The translations under genes and the position numbers were made by a program. A stretch of DNA of 64,000 nt from Candidatus Velthaea sp. (GTDB lineage Bacteria; Vulcanimicrobiota; Vulcanimicrobiia; Vulcanimicrobiales; Vulcanimicrobiaceae). This document shows positions 8,986 through 18,875 of this stretch, in pieces. Location: positions 64,001-128,000 of the forward strand of contig CBDCCS010000016.1 of the NCBI GenBank assembly GCA_965214935.1. The letters are read 5' to 3'. The notes beneath the pieces are model-generated. The model ran no database searches, was not told the origin of the DNA, and saw only the letters and a list, made by a program, of their open reading frames with translations. How positions within the stretch are numbered: position 1 is the first letter of the stretch; the number at the start of each line of letters is the position of its first letter.

Positions 8986-11495
8986 TAGCGCTGCTGTACC
9001 TCGTCAAGCCGTTCGCGTAGCGCTCGAGCGTCGACGCGCAAACGATCGATCTCGTCGCGCATCGAGCGTAATTCGGCCGGAACCTTTTGCGCTTCGCGTA
9101 CGCGCAGCGCCGCCTCGGCCGCGTCGCGTCGCAAGCGACCGTCATTCTCACCGACCGCTAGCCGATCGAGCGACGGCAAAAGCCGCGCGTCGGCGAGCGT
9201 TTCACACGCGGCATACGCACTTAGCCGCACGCTATAAGCGCCGTCGTCGAAGGTAGCTTCAAGTGCATCGACGCACTGCGTGCGCAAATCTTGCACCAGC
9301 GAACCAAGCCGTCCGATCGCAACGACCGCCGCCCGTCGCAACCCCTCGCCGTTCCCCGGCCGACGGGCCGCCAGCAACAACGGCAGCGCGCGAACGTCGG
9401 CGAGTTCGGCTAGTCCACGCGCCGCACCGGCTTCAATCGTTTGGTTCCAGGATACCGTCGCGACCGCGGCGGCAAGTGCCGCATAGGCACGCTCATCGCG
9501 CGTTTTCCCGACGGCTTCGTATGCCGTAGCAGCGACGAAGTACGACGGATCGTCGGATAAGCACAACAGCGCGGTCGCCGCGTCCGCAGCTCGGAATTGC
9601 CCCAAAGCCGCCGCGATTGCGCGCCGCACTTTCGGATGCGGGTGCGCGACATTCGCCAACAAGACGGCTAGCGCCGAGGGTGCACGGGAGTCGCCCAGGA
9701 CGGCGGCGACTTCGACGCCGACGCCCCAAAACGGGTCGTGCGCCAGTGCGAAGGCGAGCGCCTCGCGAGCGACGCGCGAACCATCTTTGCCCAGCGCCTG
9801 CGCCGCGCGGATACGTCCGGTCGGACTCGGCTCGCAGCGCAACATTGCAGCGCAAACGTCGGCCTCCAGCGCGTATGTGACCGCAGCGAGGATGTACGCA
9901 CCGGGATCGATGCGGACCAACGCCGGTTCGGCATCGAGAGAGACGGCAAAGCGTTCGATCTGCCGCTCGACGCGAAAGCGCATGCGCCGTTCGTGCGGCA
10001 GCGGCCCGTCACCGGCATCGGCGGCGATACCGTCGGGGCGCTGCATGACGAAGCCGCAGTCGATCTCGAAGCGGTACGCCGGATGGTCTGCATCGACGAT
10101 CTGGCGTTGCTCGATCGTCAAATAGGCGGTTTTCCAAGCCGCTTCCCAGTGCAGCGAGATCGTAAGCTCCGGATGGCCGCCACGTTCGATCCACTGATTG
10201 AAGAACGCTCGCATATTGCGTCCCGTCGTCGACTCGATGGCCCGGATGAGGTCGATGGTCTCGACATTTTTTTGGGCGTTGTCGGCGACATAACGCCGCA
10301 GCGACGTACGCAAGCGCTGCCAGCCGAGTTCGCGGCGTAACATGTGCAGCACTGCGCCGGCTTTTTGATACAAATGCGCATCAAAGAGCTCGATCGGATC
10401 GCGGTACGTGTTGCAGACGATCGGACGCCGATAGCGCTCGGCGTCTTCCTCGAGATAATCCGCCACGAGCAAATAAACGTCGTAGAGATATTCATCCCAG
10501 CCGAGATTCGCTTCGCGCCAGACCGCCTCGAAGTAGGTTGCGAAGCCTTCGTTTAGCCAGGCTTGCGACCAGTCACGGCACGTAACGAGATCGCCGAACC
10601 ACTGGTGAGCGAGTTCGTGCGACACGAGCGGATCGCTCGAGAAATCGAGGTGCGCGCGCGCGTCGTGCAGCGTGCGATCCGTCTGCGTTGTCGCCGACGT
10701 ATTCTCCATACCACCGAAAATAAAATCGCGTACCGCAATCTGTCCGTAGCGCGCGTACGGATACGGCACGCCGATGACGGACTCAAAACAATCGATCATG
10801 CGCGGCGTATTGCCGAACGCGCGTTCACCGTCGGCTTCGCGTCCACGTTCGACATAGTACGCAACCGGCAGACGTGCGTGGACTTGTTCGACTTCGGCGT
10901 ATTCACCGGCGACCATCGTTACTAAATAGGTGGCATGCGGGATACGCTGCTCGTATCGAAAGGTCGTCGTCTCGGCCGTATCGGTGCGTGCTACAAGTTC
11001 GCCGTTCGAAAGAGCGAACAGATCTCGCGGCACGACGATCGTCGCCGATGTTGTTTGCTTATCCGCCGGATGATCGAAGCACGGAAACCAGAAGCGGGCA
11101 TCCTGATCTTCGCATTGCGTCCAGAGTTGCCGGCAGCCGTCGACAAAGTATAGCCCGCGACGTGGCTGCACGGCGCGATACGTCACGGCGAAAGTTAGGC
11201 GTTCCCCGGCATCGAGCGGCTCGGCAAATTCGACGACCAACGTCCGGCTCGTCGAATGAAAGCGGAGCGCTGCGCCGCCGGCCGTCACGCTCGTTACGTC
11301 GAGGTCGACGGCATCGAGTCGGACCGCAGCCAGACCATCTTCGATCGCGGCAACCGTTTGCGTGCATACGCCGGAAAGCGTTTTCGCGCTAAAGTCGGGT
11401 TGCAAGTAAAGATCGATGTGCACGACGTCGACGACTTTGTCGGGCGCATAGTGCGGCCGCGCGCCGGCGAGCGCGAAAGGGCGCCGGTCGCTCAA
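8985..11495 (-). CDS. pepN: M1 family aminopeptidase with C-terminal HEAT repeats
   Basis: GGMEN, HELAHQWFGD...WLNEGFA zinc motif, HEAT-like repeats and coiled-coil tail. Confidence 0.92.
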   Translation of the reverse strand: MSDRRPFALAGARPHYAPDKVVDVVHIDLYLQPDFSAKTLSGVCTQTVAAIEDGLAAVRLDAVDLDVTSVTAGGAALRFHSTSRTLVVEFAEPLDAGERLTFAVTYRAVQPRRGLYFVDGCRQLWTQCEDQDARFWFPCFDHPADKQTTSATIVVPRDLFALSNGELVARTDTAETTTFRYEQRIPHATYLVTMVAGEYAEVEQVHARLPVAYYVERGREADGERAFGNTPRMIDCFESVIGVPYPYARYGQIAVRDFIFGGMENTSATTQTDRTLHDARAHLDFSSDPLVSHELAHQWFGDLVTCRDWSQAWLNEGFATYFEAVWREANLGWDEYLYDVYLLVADYLEEDAERYRRPIVCNTYRDPIELFDAHLYQKAGAVLHMLRRELGWQRLRTSLRRYVADNAQKNVETIDLIRAIESTTGRNMRAFFNQWIERGGHPELTISLHWEAAWKTAYLTIEQRQIVDADHPAYRFEIDCGFVMQRPDGIAADAGDGPLPHERRMRFRVERQIERFAVSLDAEPALVRIDPGAYILAAVTYALEADVCAAMLRCEPSPTGRIRAAQALGKDGSRVAREALAFALAHDPFWGVGVEVAAVLGDSRAPSALAVLLANVAHPHPKVRRAIAAALGQFRAADAATALLCLSDDPSYFVAATAYEAVGKTRDERAYAALAAAVATVSWNQTIEAGAARGLAELADVRALPLLLAARRPGNGEGLRRAAVVAIGRLGSLVQDLRTQCVDALEATFDDGAYSVRLSAYAACETLADARLLPSLDRLAVGENDGRLRRDAAEAALRVREAQKVPAELRSMRDEIDRLRVDARALRERLDEVQQR

Positions 11496-12049
11496 ATCCC
11501 GGCTCCATCGTTGAAGGACGCCGAGAACGACGTAGCATCGCTGCGCTCGAGCCGGCTAAAAGAAAGCGCTTCAAGCAGCGCGATCCACTCGCGGTCGTCG
11601 ACGGCGTCACGTAAGCGACGCGACGGACGCGATGCACGCAGCAGATCGTCGCGGCCGATCGTAAAACCGAACCGCCGATTCGCTATCATGCGCTCGAAAC
11701 TCGGGTGACCGTACTCGATGAGCCCGATGTCACGGTCGAGTTCCCACCTGGCGATTGCACCGGCCGGCGCGACAAAAGCAAAGTGCGTGCAGTACGGCAG
11801 ATAACGCTCCCATTTGAGGTCGGTCAGGTAATCGGTGCGCGACGACTTAACTTCGTATATGCGCACTTGCCGCGTGTAGCGGCCGAGGCCGATTACATCG
11901 AAGCGGCAGCTCGTACCCGCCGGTGAAAACTCGCTGGCGACGACGGGATAGCCGAGCCGGCGCATCCGTTCGAGTGCCAACTCGCGCAACTCCGCCGTGG
12001 TTTGCTTCTTGCCGGCCGCAGCACTTAGCGGAATGAAGTCGAGCGCCAT
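11492..12049 (-). CDS. mmcB: MmcB-family PD-(D/E)XK DNA repair protein
   Basis: RFDVIGL...IYEVKSSRTDYLTDLKWERYLPYC; start placed at ATG 12049 (MALDF). Confidence 0.7.
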   Translation of the reverse strand: MALDFIPLSAAAGKKQTTAELRELALERMRRLGYPVVASEFSPAGTSCRFDVIGLGRYTRQVRIYEVKSSRTDYLTDLKWERYLPYCTHFAFVAPAGAIARWELDRDIGLIEYGHPSFERMIANRRFGFTIGRDDLLRASRPSRRLRDAVDDREWIALLEALSFSRLERSDATSFSASFNDGAGI

Positions 12050-12071
12050 TATCAGCCGACGTTCGCGGCGC

Positions 12072-13661
12072 TTACTTCGTTGTGCCTTCGCGTTCCCAGC
12101 GTAAAATCTGCAACCCGCCCGGGACGATATCGTCGCAGAACGTCGTATAATATTTGCGCGGCGGAACGCCGGCGTACGAATACTCGAGGACCGGCCCCGG
12201 ACGGACGGCTCCACACGCTTGCGCAAGACGCAACTTAAAGTCCGGCCGGCCGGCGTTCGCCGCAGTCGGATGCAGCGGATCGAGTTCTTCTTTATCGAGG
12301 AAAATTGCCCGCCGCGGATGTTCGGCGTCAGTGTACCAATTGCGCGATTCCCGGCCCTGCCAGTCGTAACCGATGACGACCGGCGTAACGCCGCCGTAAA
12401 AATCGACCACCGACGACAAGCCGTAGCCGTCGGTCATCACGATCGCATCGTTGGCATCGGCCATGTGCCGGACGTCCTGCGCTAGCGGCCAATACGTGAA
12501 GATCTCAAACGGACCGGTATTACGCAACGTCGAGCCGGTGTTGCGGAAAAGCTGGTACGCTTCGCCGGGCGCGACGGCGGCGTAAAAAACGAGCGGCAAC
12601 AACAGCAGCGCGGGCACGACCGATGCGTTGGCCCAGATGATACGCGCGCGGCGTGCTAAGCCGACATACGCGACGCCTAAGCCGATACAAAGCGAGGCAT
12701 ACGGTCCGAACATCCAATGGATCTCGACCGGCTCCATGAGTGCCAACAACGTCAGCAGCCCAATAAGCGGCAAGGCCGTCCACTTGAGCAGGGCATGGCT
12801 GCGCGGCGCAAATGCAACGATAAACGCCCCGATGAAAAAGCCCGGTGAATAGGCTGCAGCCTGCACGGCGTAGAGCGAAAGCGGCCGCAGCAGCTTAAAC
12901 TGCGCAACGTGCCGGCCGACGAACGTGAAGTCGAATGTGAGCCAGTGATGCGTTGCATTCCACCACACAAACGGCGCGTAGACCGCAGCCGCAATGACGA
13001 ACGACCAGCCGAGTCCGGCACTCCAAAGCACGCGCCGGCGCGGAGTGCAGGCGTACATCGCAACGCCGAACAGCAGCGCAAAGGCAAACATGCGCGACAG
13101 CAGCGCTAAGCCCAAAGCGAAGCCGAGTAAAGCAAAATCGAGCCGCCGCCGGCCGTCGAAAGCGCGCACCGCCAGCCACAGCGTCAACGTCCAGAAAGCC
13201 AAAAACGGACCGTCGGGCGTCGCACTTCCGAACGCCATCGAGAACAGCGGCGTCAGCGCGAAAGCAATCGCCGTAACGGCCCCGGCGCGGCGATCGCCGC
13301 GCGCGAGCCGGGTAGCGGTCGCAGCGGCCGCCAGCGTAGCCACGATACCGCAAAGAACAAAGCCGATGCGAACCGCCCCGGGCACCATTCCGAGTCCCGC
13401 AAAAGCGCGGATCGTCCACGCGACGGCCGGCGGGTGATCGACATACCCGAACGCAAGATGCCGCGACCACTCCCAGTAATACGCTTCGTCGCCGGTGAGC
13501 GGAACGCGGTAATCGGCGATCGCCCGCATGATCGTGACCGCGGCGACGATGATCCAGACGGTAACGACGGCGCGCGCGCCCCACGGAACATCGCGCGCGC
13601 CCAAGATGAATGTTGACGGATCGACGCGCCGGACGGGCGCAGTCGTCAAGGTCTTACTCAT
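12072..13661 (-). CDS. GT39/ArnT-like membrane glycosyltransferase
   Basis: DEAYYWEWSRHLAFGYVDHPP motif and many TM helices. Confidence 0.88.
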   Translation of the reverse strand: MSKTLTTAPVRRVDPSTFILGARDVPWGARAVVTVWIIVAAVTIMRAIADYRVPLTGDEAYYWEWSRHLAFGYVDHPPAVAWTIRAFAGLGMVPGAVRIGFVLCGIVATLAAAATATRLARGDRRAGAVTAIAFALTPLFSMAFGSATPDGPFLAFWTLTLWLAVRAFDGRRRLDFALLGFALGLALLSRMFAFALLFGVAMYACTPRRRVLWSAGLGWSFVIAAAVYAPFVWWNATHHWLTFDFTFVGRHVAQFKLLRPLSLYAVQAAAYSPGFFIGAFIVAFAPRSHALLKWTALPLIGLLTLLALMEPVEIHWMFGPYASLCIGLGVAYVGLARRARIIWANASVVPALLLLPLVFYAAVAPGEAYQLFRNTGSTLRNTGPFEIFTYWPLAQDVRHMADANDAIVMTDGYGLSSVVDFYGGVTPVVIGYDWQGRESRNWYTDAEHPRRAIFLDKEELDPLHPTAANAGRPDFKLRLAQACGAVRPGPVLEYSYAGVPPRKYYTTFCDDIVPGGLQILRWEREGTTK

Positions 13662-14424
13662 GCGGCTCGATCCGCCCGCCGTTCACGCCGAGCACCATAC
13701 CGTTGAGATAGTAAGCATCATCTGCGACCGCGAAACACACCGCGTCGGCGACATCTTCCCAGCTTCCCGGATGACCCGTGGGATTGTTTGCAGTTCGCTC
13801 GCGCGCTTGCGCGCGGGTCGCCGACTTGTCGCGGATATCGCCCGGCTCGATAACGTTGACGGTAATGCCGAATTTTGCTTCCTCGAGCGCCAGCGATCGT
13901 GCGAAACTGACGACCCCGGCCTTCGCTGCACCATATAAAGACATTAGCCGCGCCGGCTGCGTGACAGCCGAACCATTCATGCCGAAAAACACCAGTCGTC
14001 CGAATCCCCTTGCTCGCATTTCTGGTAATGCCGCGAATGCCAAGGCAACCGACGAGCCAAGATTACCCTGGATCATGCGCTCGTAGTCATCCATATCCGA
14101 CCCCTTGAACGCCTTGACGACGATCGGACCGACGGCGTTGATGAGAACGTCGACGGCGCCGCGTAATCGGCTGGTTTCTGAAACCGCTTGCGCAGCGCCG
14201 GCGGAAGTCGTTACGTCGCAATCCAGCGCTAAAACGTCCGGATCGTATGGCCGGATCAGACCCAGTGCAGCGTCCGGCGATGTTCCGTCCGAGCGAAAGG
14301 TAAAGGCGATCCGAAAACCCGCGGCTGCGAGCGTGACGGCGATGCCGCGGGCAAGGCCGCCGGCGCCGCCCGTTATAAGAGCAACCCGTGACGTTGCAGC
14401 TTGCCGGTCTCGTTCGCCCCGCAC
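13654..14424 (-). CDS. SDR family oxidoreductase
   Basis: TGGAGGLA, YGAAK, NVIEPG motifs. Confidence 0.9.
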   Translation of the reverse strand: MRGERDRQAATSRVALITGGAGGLARGIAVTLAAAGFRIAFTFRSDGTSPDAALGLIRPYDPDVLALDCDVTTSAGAAQAVSETSRLRGAVDVLINAVGPIVVKAFKGSDMDDYERMIQGNLGSSVALAFAALPEMRARGFGRLVFFGMNGSAVTQPARLMSLYGAAKAGVVSFARSLALEEAKFGITVNVIEPGDIRDKSATRAQARERTANNPTGHPGSWEDVADAVCFAVADDAYYLNGMVLGVNGGRIEPHE

Positions 14425-14496
14425 GGAGTGCTAGTGTCCGGCATGCCGCCTGAGCCGACCTGCCGTCAGGCAGACCGGCATGCCCGACGATACGCC

Positions 14497-15585
14497 TTAT
14501 TGCACCGTAAGCACGCGTGTGACGGGATGCGCCGCTGCGCGGCTGCGCGGGTCCGTCGAGCTAATCACCATTTTGAGGCTCGTTCCCGGCGGCGCGTTTA
14601 TCTGCACGACGGTCGAAAACGAACCGTCCGCGTTGGCGCTTACCTCGTTGCGTACGTTCGCACCGCCGCCTAAACCGAGAATCGAGCCGACTTCGCCCGC
14701 AACGGAATTGGGGTTATTGGCTGCAGCGCCGACTTGAACGACGACTTGCGAGCCCGGTAACGTCCGTCCCGAAACGGTGAACTGCGTGCCGACACCGGCG
14801 CCGTTCGCCGGCACGATATTGGACAAGATATTCTCGACCGCCGAGGTACCCGACGTGAAATACCATTTGCCCTCAAACGGCGCGCCGCTCGCATCGTGCC
14901 CGGTCACCGCGACTTCGTGCCGCATCGATTGCAAATCGGACGGCGGCGAATAGACAAAGCCGCTCGGCGAGCGCGACGTCGATGCGGTAACGTCGAGTTG
15001 ATCGACGCTGATCTTGAGCGAATTCGGATCGGCGGCCGCGCTGAACTGTGCCTCGATCGACGGCCGGCGCGCGGGTACGCTGACGTTGTAGGACGGCTCG
15101 ACTTTGGATAACCGGATCGAGCTGACCGGTGAAGCTGCCGGAGCTGCCGCAGCGGCGCCCGCACTACTCGAGAGGGCGACAATTTTATTCGCGGCGTCAA
15201 AATTAACGCCGGCACCCAAAGCTTGCGAAACGAAGCGCAACGGCACGTAGGTACTCGCACCAACCACAAACGGTGCGACGTCGAGATTTTGCGGCTGACC
15301 GTTGACCGTCGCTTGCGTCGATCCGATCTTGAGCGAAACGGACCGACCGTTACCTTGGGCGTTGATGACCCCGCCTTGATAAACGACCGACGCACCTAAA
15401 CGCTCGAATATTCCGCGCAGCGGAACAAAAACACGACCGGCGCGCTCGGTCGGCGGAGGCGTCAGACTAACCGGCGAGCCGTTGAGCGTTACACTGACGG
15501 ACTGCGCAATAGCGGACTGCGCGCAACTCAACGCCAGAGCGGTAAGAAAAACAGCACCGCGCACTGACGATAATGGTCGAGCCAT
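14497..15585 (-). CDS. Secreted copper amine oxidase N-terminal domain protein
   Basis: GRVFVPLRGIFERLGA and TYVPLRFVSQALGA repeats, signal peptide, Ig-like C-terminal part. Confidence 0.85.
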   Translation of the reverse strand: MARPLSSVRGAVFLTALALSCAQSAIAQSVSVTLNGSPVSLTPPPTERAGRVFVPLRGIFERLGASVVYQGGVINAQGNGRSVSLKIGSTQATVNGQPQNLDVAPFVVGASTYVPLRFVSQALGAGVNFDAANKIVALSSSAGAAAAAPAASPVSSIRLSKVEPSYNVSVPARRPSIEAQFSAAADPNSLKISVDQLDVTASTSRSPSGFVYSPPSDLQSMRHEVAVTGHDASGAPFEGKWYFTSGTSAVENILSNIVPANGAGVGTQFTVSGRTLPGSQVVVQVGAAANNPNSVAGEVGSILGLGGGANVRNEVSANADGSFSTVVQINAPPGTSLKMVISSTDPRSRAAAHPVTRVLTVQ

Positions 15586-15678
15586 GGGACGTACCTGCCG
15601 ATTGAAAGTGGGTAATGACGGCACGACTGCACCGCATTAGAGCGACGATGCGTGACGTTGCACGGGCGACGGCCGACA

Positions 15679-15765
15679 TGGTGCGCAAGACTGGATTTGA
15701 ACCAGCACGCCCTTGCGAGCGCTAGCACCTCAAGCTAGTGCGTCTACCAATTCCGCCACTCGCGC
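15679..15765 (-). tRNA. tRNA-Leu(GAG)
   Basis: GCGCGAG/CTTGCGC acceptor stem, TGGCGGAATTGGTAGAC D arm, CTAGC-TTGAGGT-GCTAG anticodon arm, long variable arm, GTTCAAATC T loop, encoded CCA. Confidence 0.97.
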
Positions 15766-15781
15766 ACGAGGCAACCAACGT

Positions 15782-15810
15782 AGTGTATCCGATGCTGCTT
15801 GACTTCGCAA
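15782..15810 (-). promoter_or_regulatory. sigma70-type promoter of tRNA-Leu
   Basis: TTGCGA-N17-TACACT on the minus strand, 16 nt upstream of the tRNA. Confidence 0.7.
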
Positions 15811-15835
15811 GCCGGTCGCAGTGCGACCGGCTTGC
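15807..15835. terminator. Perfect 14-bp inverted repeat after the thioredoxin-like gene
   Basis: GCAAGCCGGTCGCA-G-TGCGACCGGCTTGC, 22 nt past the stop codon; no U-tract. Confidence 0.5.
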
Positions 15836-15857
15836 GCTGGCCCAAAGCCGTTTGGAG

Positions 15858-16325
15858 CTAAGCGGCTACTTCATCTTCGGTGAGAACTTTGCCGATCGCA
15901 GCTTCGATGCGGTCGTAACCTTTATCGCCGGCTTGGAAGTGCCGCAGTTCATGCTGCCGATTGAAGACGTAATACGCCGGTACGAATTGGTTGGCGAACC
16001 GGCCGACGATCGCGTGTTCATTATCGATTGCCGTCGGTTGCGTCAAGCCCATCGCATCGAGCGCATCAGCGGTCACTTTGGAAATATCGAGTTCTTCGGG
16101 GCCGCGCGGCTGATGAATCGCAATAACCTTCAAACCTTGCGGGCCGTACGTGTCGCGCCAGGTGTTGACCTGTTCGACGACGTCATGACAGATGTAACAG
16201 CTGATCGACCAAAAGTGAATCAACAGCGGGTAACCCTCGAGTTCCGCAGCGGGCGGCAGCCCGCCGTTGATCCAGGCCGGAACCCCCTCCAAAGACGGAA
16301 GGGGCGTACGCATACGCAACGGCAC
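15858..16325 (-). CDS. TlpA/YkuV(AhpT)-like thioredoxin
   Basis: HFWSISCYIC CxxC motif, FVPAYYVF; 2 nt downstream of the peroxiredoxin. Confidence 0.85.
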   Translation of the reverse strand: MPLRMRTPLPSLEGVPAWINGGLPPAAELEGYPLLIHFWSISCYICHDVVEQVNTWRDTYGPQGLKVIAIHQPRGPEELDISKVTADALDAMGLTQPTAIDNEHAIVGRFANQFVPAYYVFNRQHELRHFQAGDKGYDRIEAAIGKVLTEDEVAA

Positions 16326-16327
16326 GT

Positions 16328-16882
16328 CTAAGATACCGCGAGGAGCTGCTTACCGGGCGACCATTCGGCCGGGCAAAGTCCACCGGTTTGCAGTGCTTGC
16401 AAAACGCGCAATGTTTCTTCGACCGAACGGCCGACGTTGTCGTCGGTAACCGTCGCATACTTGAGAATGCCGTCCGGATCGATAATGAACAAACCGCGCT
16501 GCGCGGCGCCGGTCTCTTCGTTGAGCACGCCGAAGGCGCGAGCAGTCTGCTTGGTAAAATCGGCGGCTAACGGAAACGCAAGTCCCGCGATGCCGTTCTT
16601 ATCGCGCGGCGTGCTGATCCAAGCAAAGTGGCTAAACACGGAATCCGTCGATGCGCCGAGCACTTCGGCGCCGAGGTCGGTGATCTCATCGTAGCGGTCG
16701 GAAAGCGCGAGAATCTCGGTCGGACAAACGAACGTGAAGTCCAGCGGATAAAAGAAGAATATCAGCCACTTGCCTCGGTAATCTTCCAGACTGATCTCCG
16801 TGCCCAGGTTTTTGGCGCTCGTTGCGCCTTTCGTCGATGCGAGTTTAAATGCGGGTGCCGCTTGGCCGACCTTGGCTAACAC
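16328..16882 (-). CDS. ahpC: 2-Cys peroxiredoxin (AhpC/AhpA type)
   Basis: FFYPLDFTFVCPTEI and GGLCPAEW; GGAGG SD before GTG 16882. Confidence 0.93.
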   Translation of the reverse strand: MLAKVGQAAPAFKLASTKGATSAKNLGTEISLEDYRGKWLIFFFYPLDFTFVCPTEILALSDRYDEITDLGAEVLGASTDSVFSHFAWISTPRDKNGIAGLAFPLAADFTKQTARAFGVLNEETGAAQRGLFIIDPDGILKYATVTDDNVGRSVEETLRVLQALQTGGLCPAEWSPGKQLLAVS

Positions 16883-16933
16883 GTTGGAATGCCTCCGGTA
16901 TGATTGTTGATTTTCATATTTTGATGTATAAGG

Positions 16934-16956
16934 ATGAAAATGAAATTCATTCTCAT
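16934..16956. promoter_or_regulatory. Fur/PerR-like operator
   Basis: ATGAAAATGAA-A-TTCATTCTCAT (11-1-11, one mismatch) in the AT-rich gap between the peroxiredoxin and the Fur-family gene. Confidence 0.7.
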
Positions 16957-16980
16957 TTCTTGCTTCGCTCAGGCTAAAGC

Positions 16981-17433
16981 ATGACTTCCGGAGTGTCAAG
17001 CGACGTTTGTAGCGATGGCGCGCTTCGGCTTTCGCGCAATCATGCAAGCGTGCTCGACGTCGTGCGGACCTTGCTTGACGGCGAGCACGCCGGTGCACAT
17101 GAGATCTTCGTACGAGCGCGCGCAACTCACCCGCGACTTGGATTTGCGACCGTTCACCGTGCCCTCATCCGGCTGTACGAGCTGGGTCTGATCTCGAAAG
17201 TCGACGTGCCCGGAGCGGTTTCAGCGATCTACGAGCCAACCGGCACGCCGCACGCGCATTTCCGTTGTTCGATGTGTGGCGACATTCGCGACGTCGCATT
17301 TCAATTGTCGGCCGACCAGCGCGAGATCCTCGCGGCGCAGCTGGGTCTGCAGATTGCCGCCGAATCGCTGACCTTTGCCGGACGCTGCGCGGCCTGCCTT
17401 CAGCGCGAAAGTTCGGCGACCGGAAACATCTGA
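16981..17433 (+). CDS. Fur-family regulator (PerR/FurA-like)
   Basis: ATVHRAL, HAHFRCSMCG, GRCAAC; divergent from the peroxiredoxin. Confidence 0.9.
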   Translation: MTSGVSSDVCSDGALRLSRNHASVLDVVRTLLDGEHAGAHEIFVRARATHPRLGFATVHRALIRLYELGLISKVDVPGAVSAIYEPTGTPHAHFRCSMCGDIRDVAFQLSADQREILAAQLGLQIAAESLTFAGRCAACLQRESSATGNI

Positions 17434-17912
17434 GAGAGCGTTAGACGGCCGCCGCACGTGCCGCTTGCGACCACGACGTCGATCGGCCGGCGGTCTCCGA
17501 CGAGCACGTCGAACTGACTGATACCGACACACGAACGATCGAATTCGCCATGCGGTGCTTGGCCGTAAAGCGCGAAAAACACCGCGGATCCCGGCGTAAC
17601 CGTGTAAGCAAATATTTTCGTATCGATGAACATTTGGTGCTGAACCTGCAGGTTCGCACGAGTACCGTCGGCTTGATATGCGCGCACGGCGGGGAATCCG
17701 GCCACGCGGCAACTGTGCAGCGAGATGTTGCGTAAAGCGATTCCCGGAATCGCATGGCCGAACGCCCGATGAATCCAGGGAAAGCCCGCGAGCGACGCCG
17801 CGGTACAAGGTGGATAATACGTCGGCGGCTGCGCAAGCTCGAATGCACCGGCCGGCGAACTGCCGACGAACAACGCGGCGCACGCTGCAGCGCGGCTTAA
17901 TAAGCGGCGCAC
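17400..17912 (-). CDS. Secreted DUF4232-like protein
   Basis: Signal peptide; C...LRNIS..SCRVAGFPAV pattern. Confidence 0.6.
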   Translation of the reverse strand: MRRLLSRAAACAALFVGSSPAGAFELAQPPTYYPPCTAASLAGFPWIHRAFGHAIPGIALRNISLHSCRVAGFPAVRAYQADGTRANLQVQHQMFIDTKIFAYTVTPGSAVFFALYGQAPHGEFDRSCVGISQFDVLVGDRRPIDVVVASGTCGGRLTLSQMFPVAELSR

Positions 17913-17929
17913 CCGGCCGTAGATGCCGG

Positions 17930-18859
17930 CTACCGCATGTTCGGATCGAGCGCGTCGCGTAAACCGTCACCGAGATAATTAATGGCTAGCACCGTGACGA
18001 GAATGCACAGGCCGGGAAAAATCGCCACCCATGGTGCGATCGTCATGTTCGAGCTCGCATTTGCGAGCATATTGCCCCACGATGCCGTCGGCGGTTGAAT
18101 TCCGAATCCTAAAAACGACAGCGTCGACTCCAAAATAATGATGTTGGCTACTTCAAGCGTGGCTTGCACGATGATCGGTGCGACGGCGTTCGGCAGCAGA
18201 TGCCGAAAGATGATGCGGCTATCCGGATTACCCAGCGCTCGCGCCGCTTCGGCAAATTCACGTTCGCGCAAACTTAAGAATGACGCACGTACGATACGCG
18301 CGACCGCGGGCCATGACAGCAAACCGATAATTAACACGATCGATAGAAAGTTCAGCGATGCTTTGTTGGATGTCGCGGCGACGATCGCGGTGAGCACGAG
18401 CAATAACGGCAGCAGCGGGATCGACAGCACGACGTCCGTCGCGCGCATGATGACGAAATCGATCCAACCGCCGTAGTATCCGGCGATCGCACCGAGTACC
18501 GTGCCGATCGCGATCTCTAAGAAGACGGCGACGACGGCGACCGTCAGCGAGATCCGGGCGCCGAAAATCAGCCGCGCCAGCAAATCGCGACCATTCTCAT
18601 CGGTGCCCAGCCAATGGCCGGCAACGCCCGGAGCGAGCGGGTAACCATTCCAATGCGCCTGATCGATGAAGTTCGGATCGGCCGGCGTAATAATATTGGC
18701 GAATATCGCAATGAAGCCGAGCAAAATAAGAACGACGGCACCGATCGGCGCGATCCGATGCTTGCGAAATCGGCGCCAAACCTTGTTGCGACTCTCGGTA
18801 AATTCGCCGTCCGGCAGAGTCGTCGACGACGCGCTTTGCGCCGGTAATGTCGTCGCCAT
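17930..18859 (-). CDS. oppC: Peptide/nickel ABC transporter permease (OppC/DppC)
   Basis: HWLGTDENGRD, EFAEAARALG (EAA), GDGLRDALDP. Confidence 0.92.
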   Translation of the reverse strand: MATTLPAQSASSTTLPDGEFTESRNKVWRRFRKHRIAPIGAVVLILLGFIAIFANIITPADPNFIDQAHWNGYPLAPGVAGHWLGTDENGRDLLARLIFGARISLTVAVVAVFLEIAIGTVLGAIAGYYGGWIDFVIMRATDVVLSIPLLPLLLVLTAIVAATSNKASLNFLSIVLIIGLLSWPAVARIVRASFLSLREREFAEAARALGNPDSRIIFRHLLPNAVAPIIVQATLEVANIIILESTLSFLGFGIQPPTASWGNMLANASSNMTIAPWVAIFPGLCILVTVLAINYLGDGLRDALDPNMR

Positions 18860-18875
18860 CAGCGGTTCGTACCGA

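Noticed and set aside
14440..14484. Imperfect hairpin between the copper-amine-oxidase-domain gene and the SDR gene
   Set aside because: Probably an ordinary mRNA hairpin; no U-tract and no second copy noticed
15679..15765. tRNA-Leu as an integration site
   Set aside because: No integrase and no duplicated tRNA 3' end seen in the window
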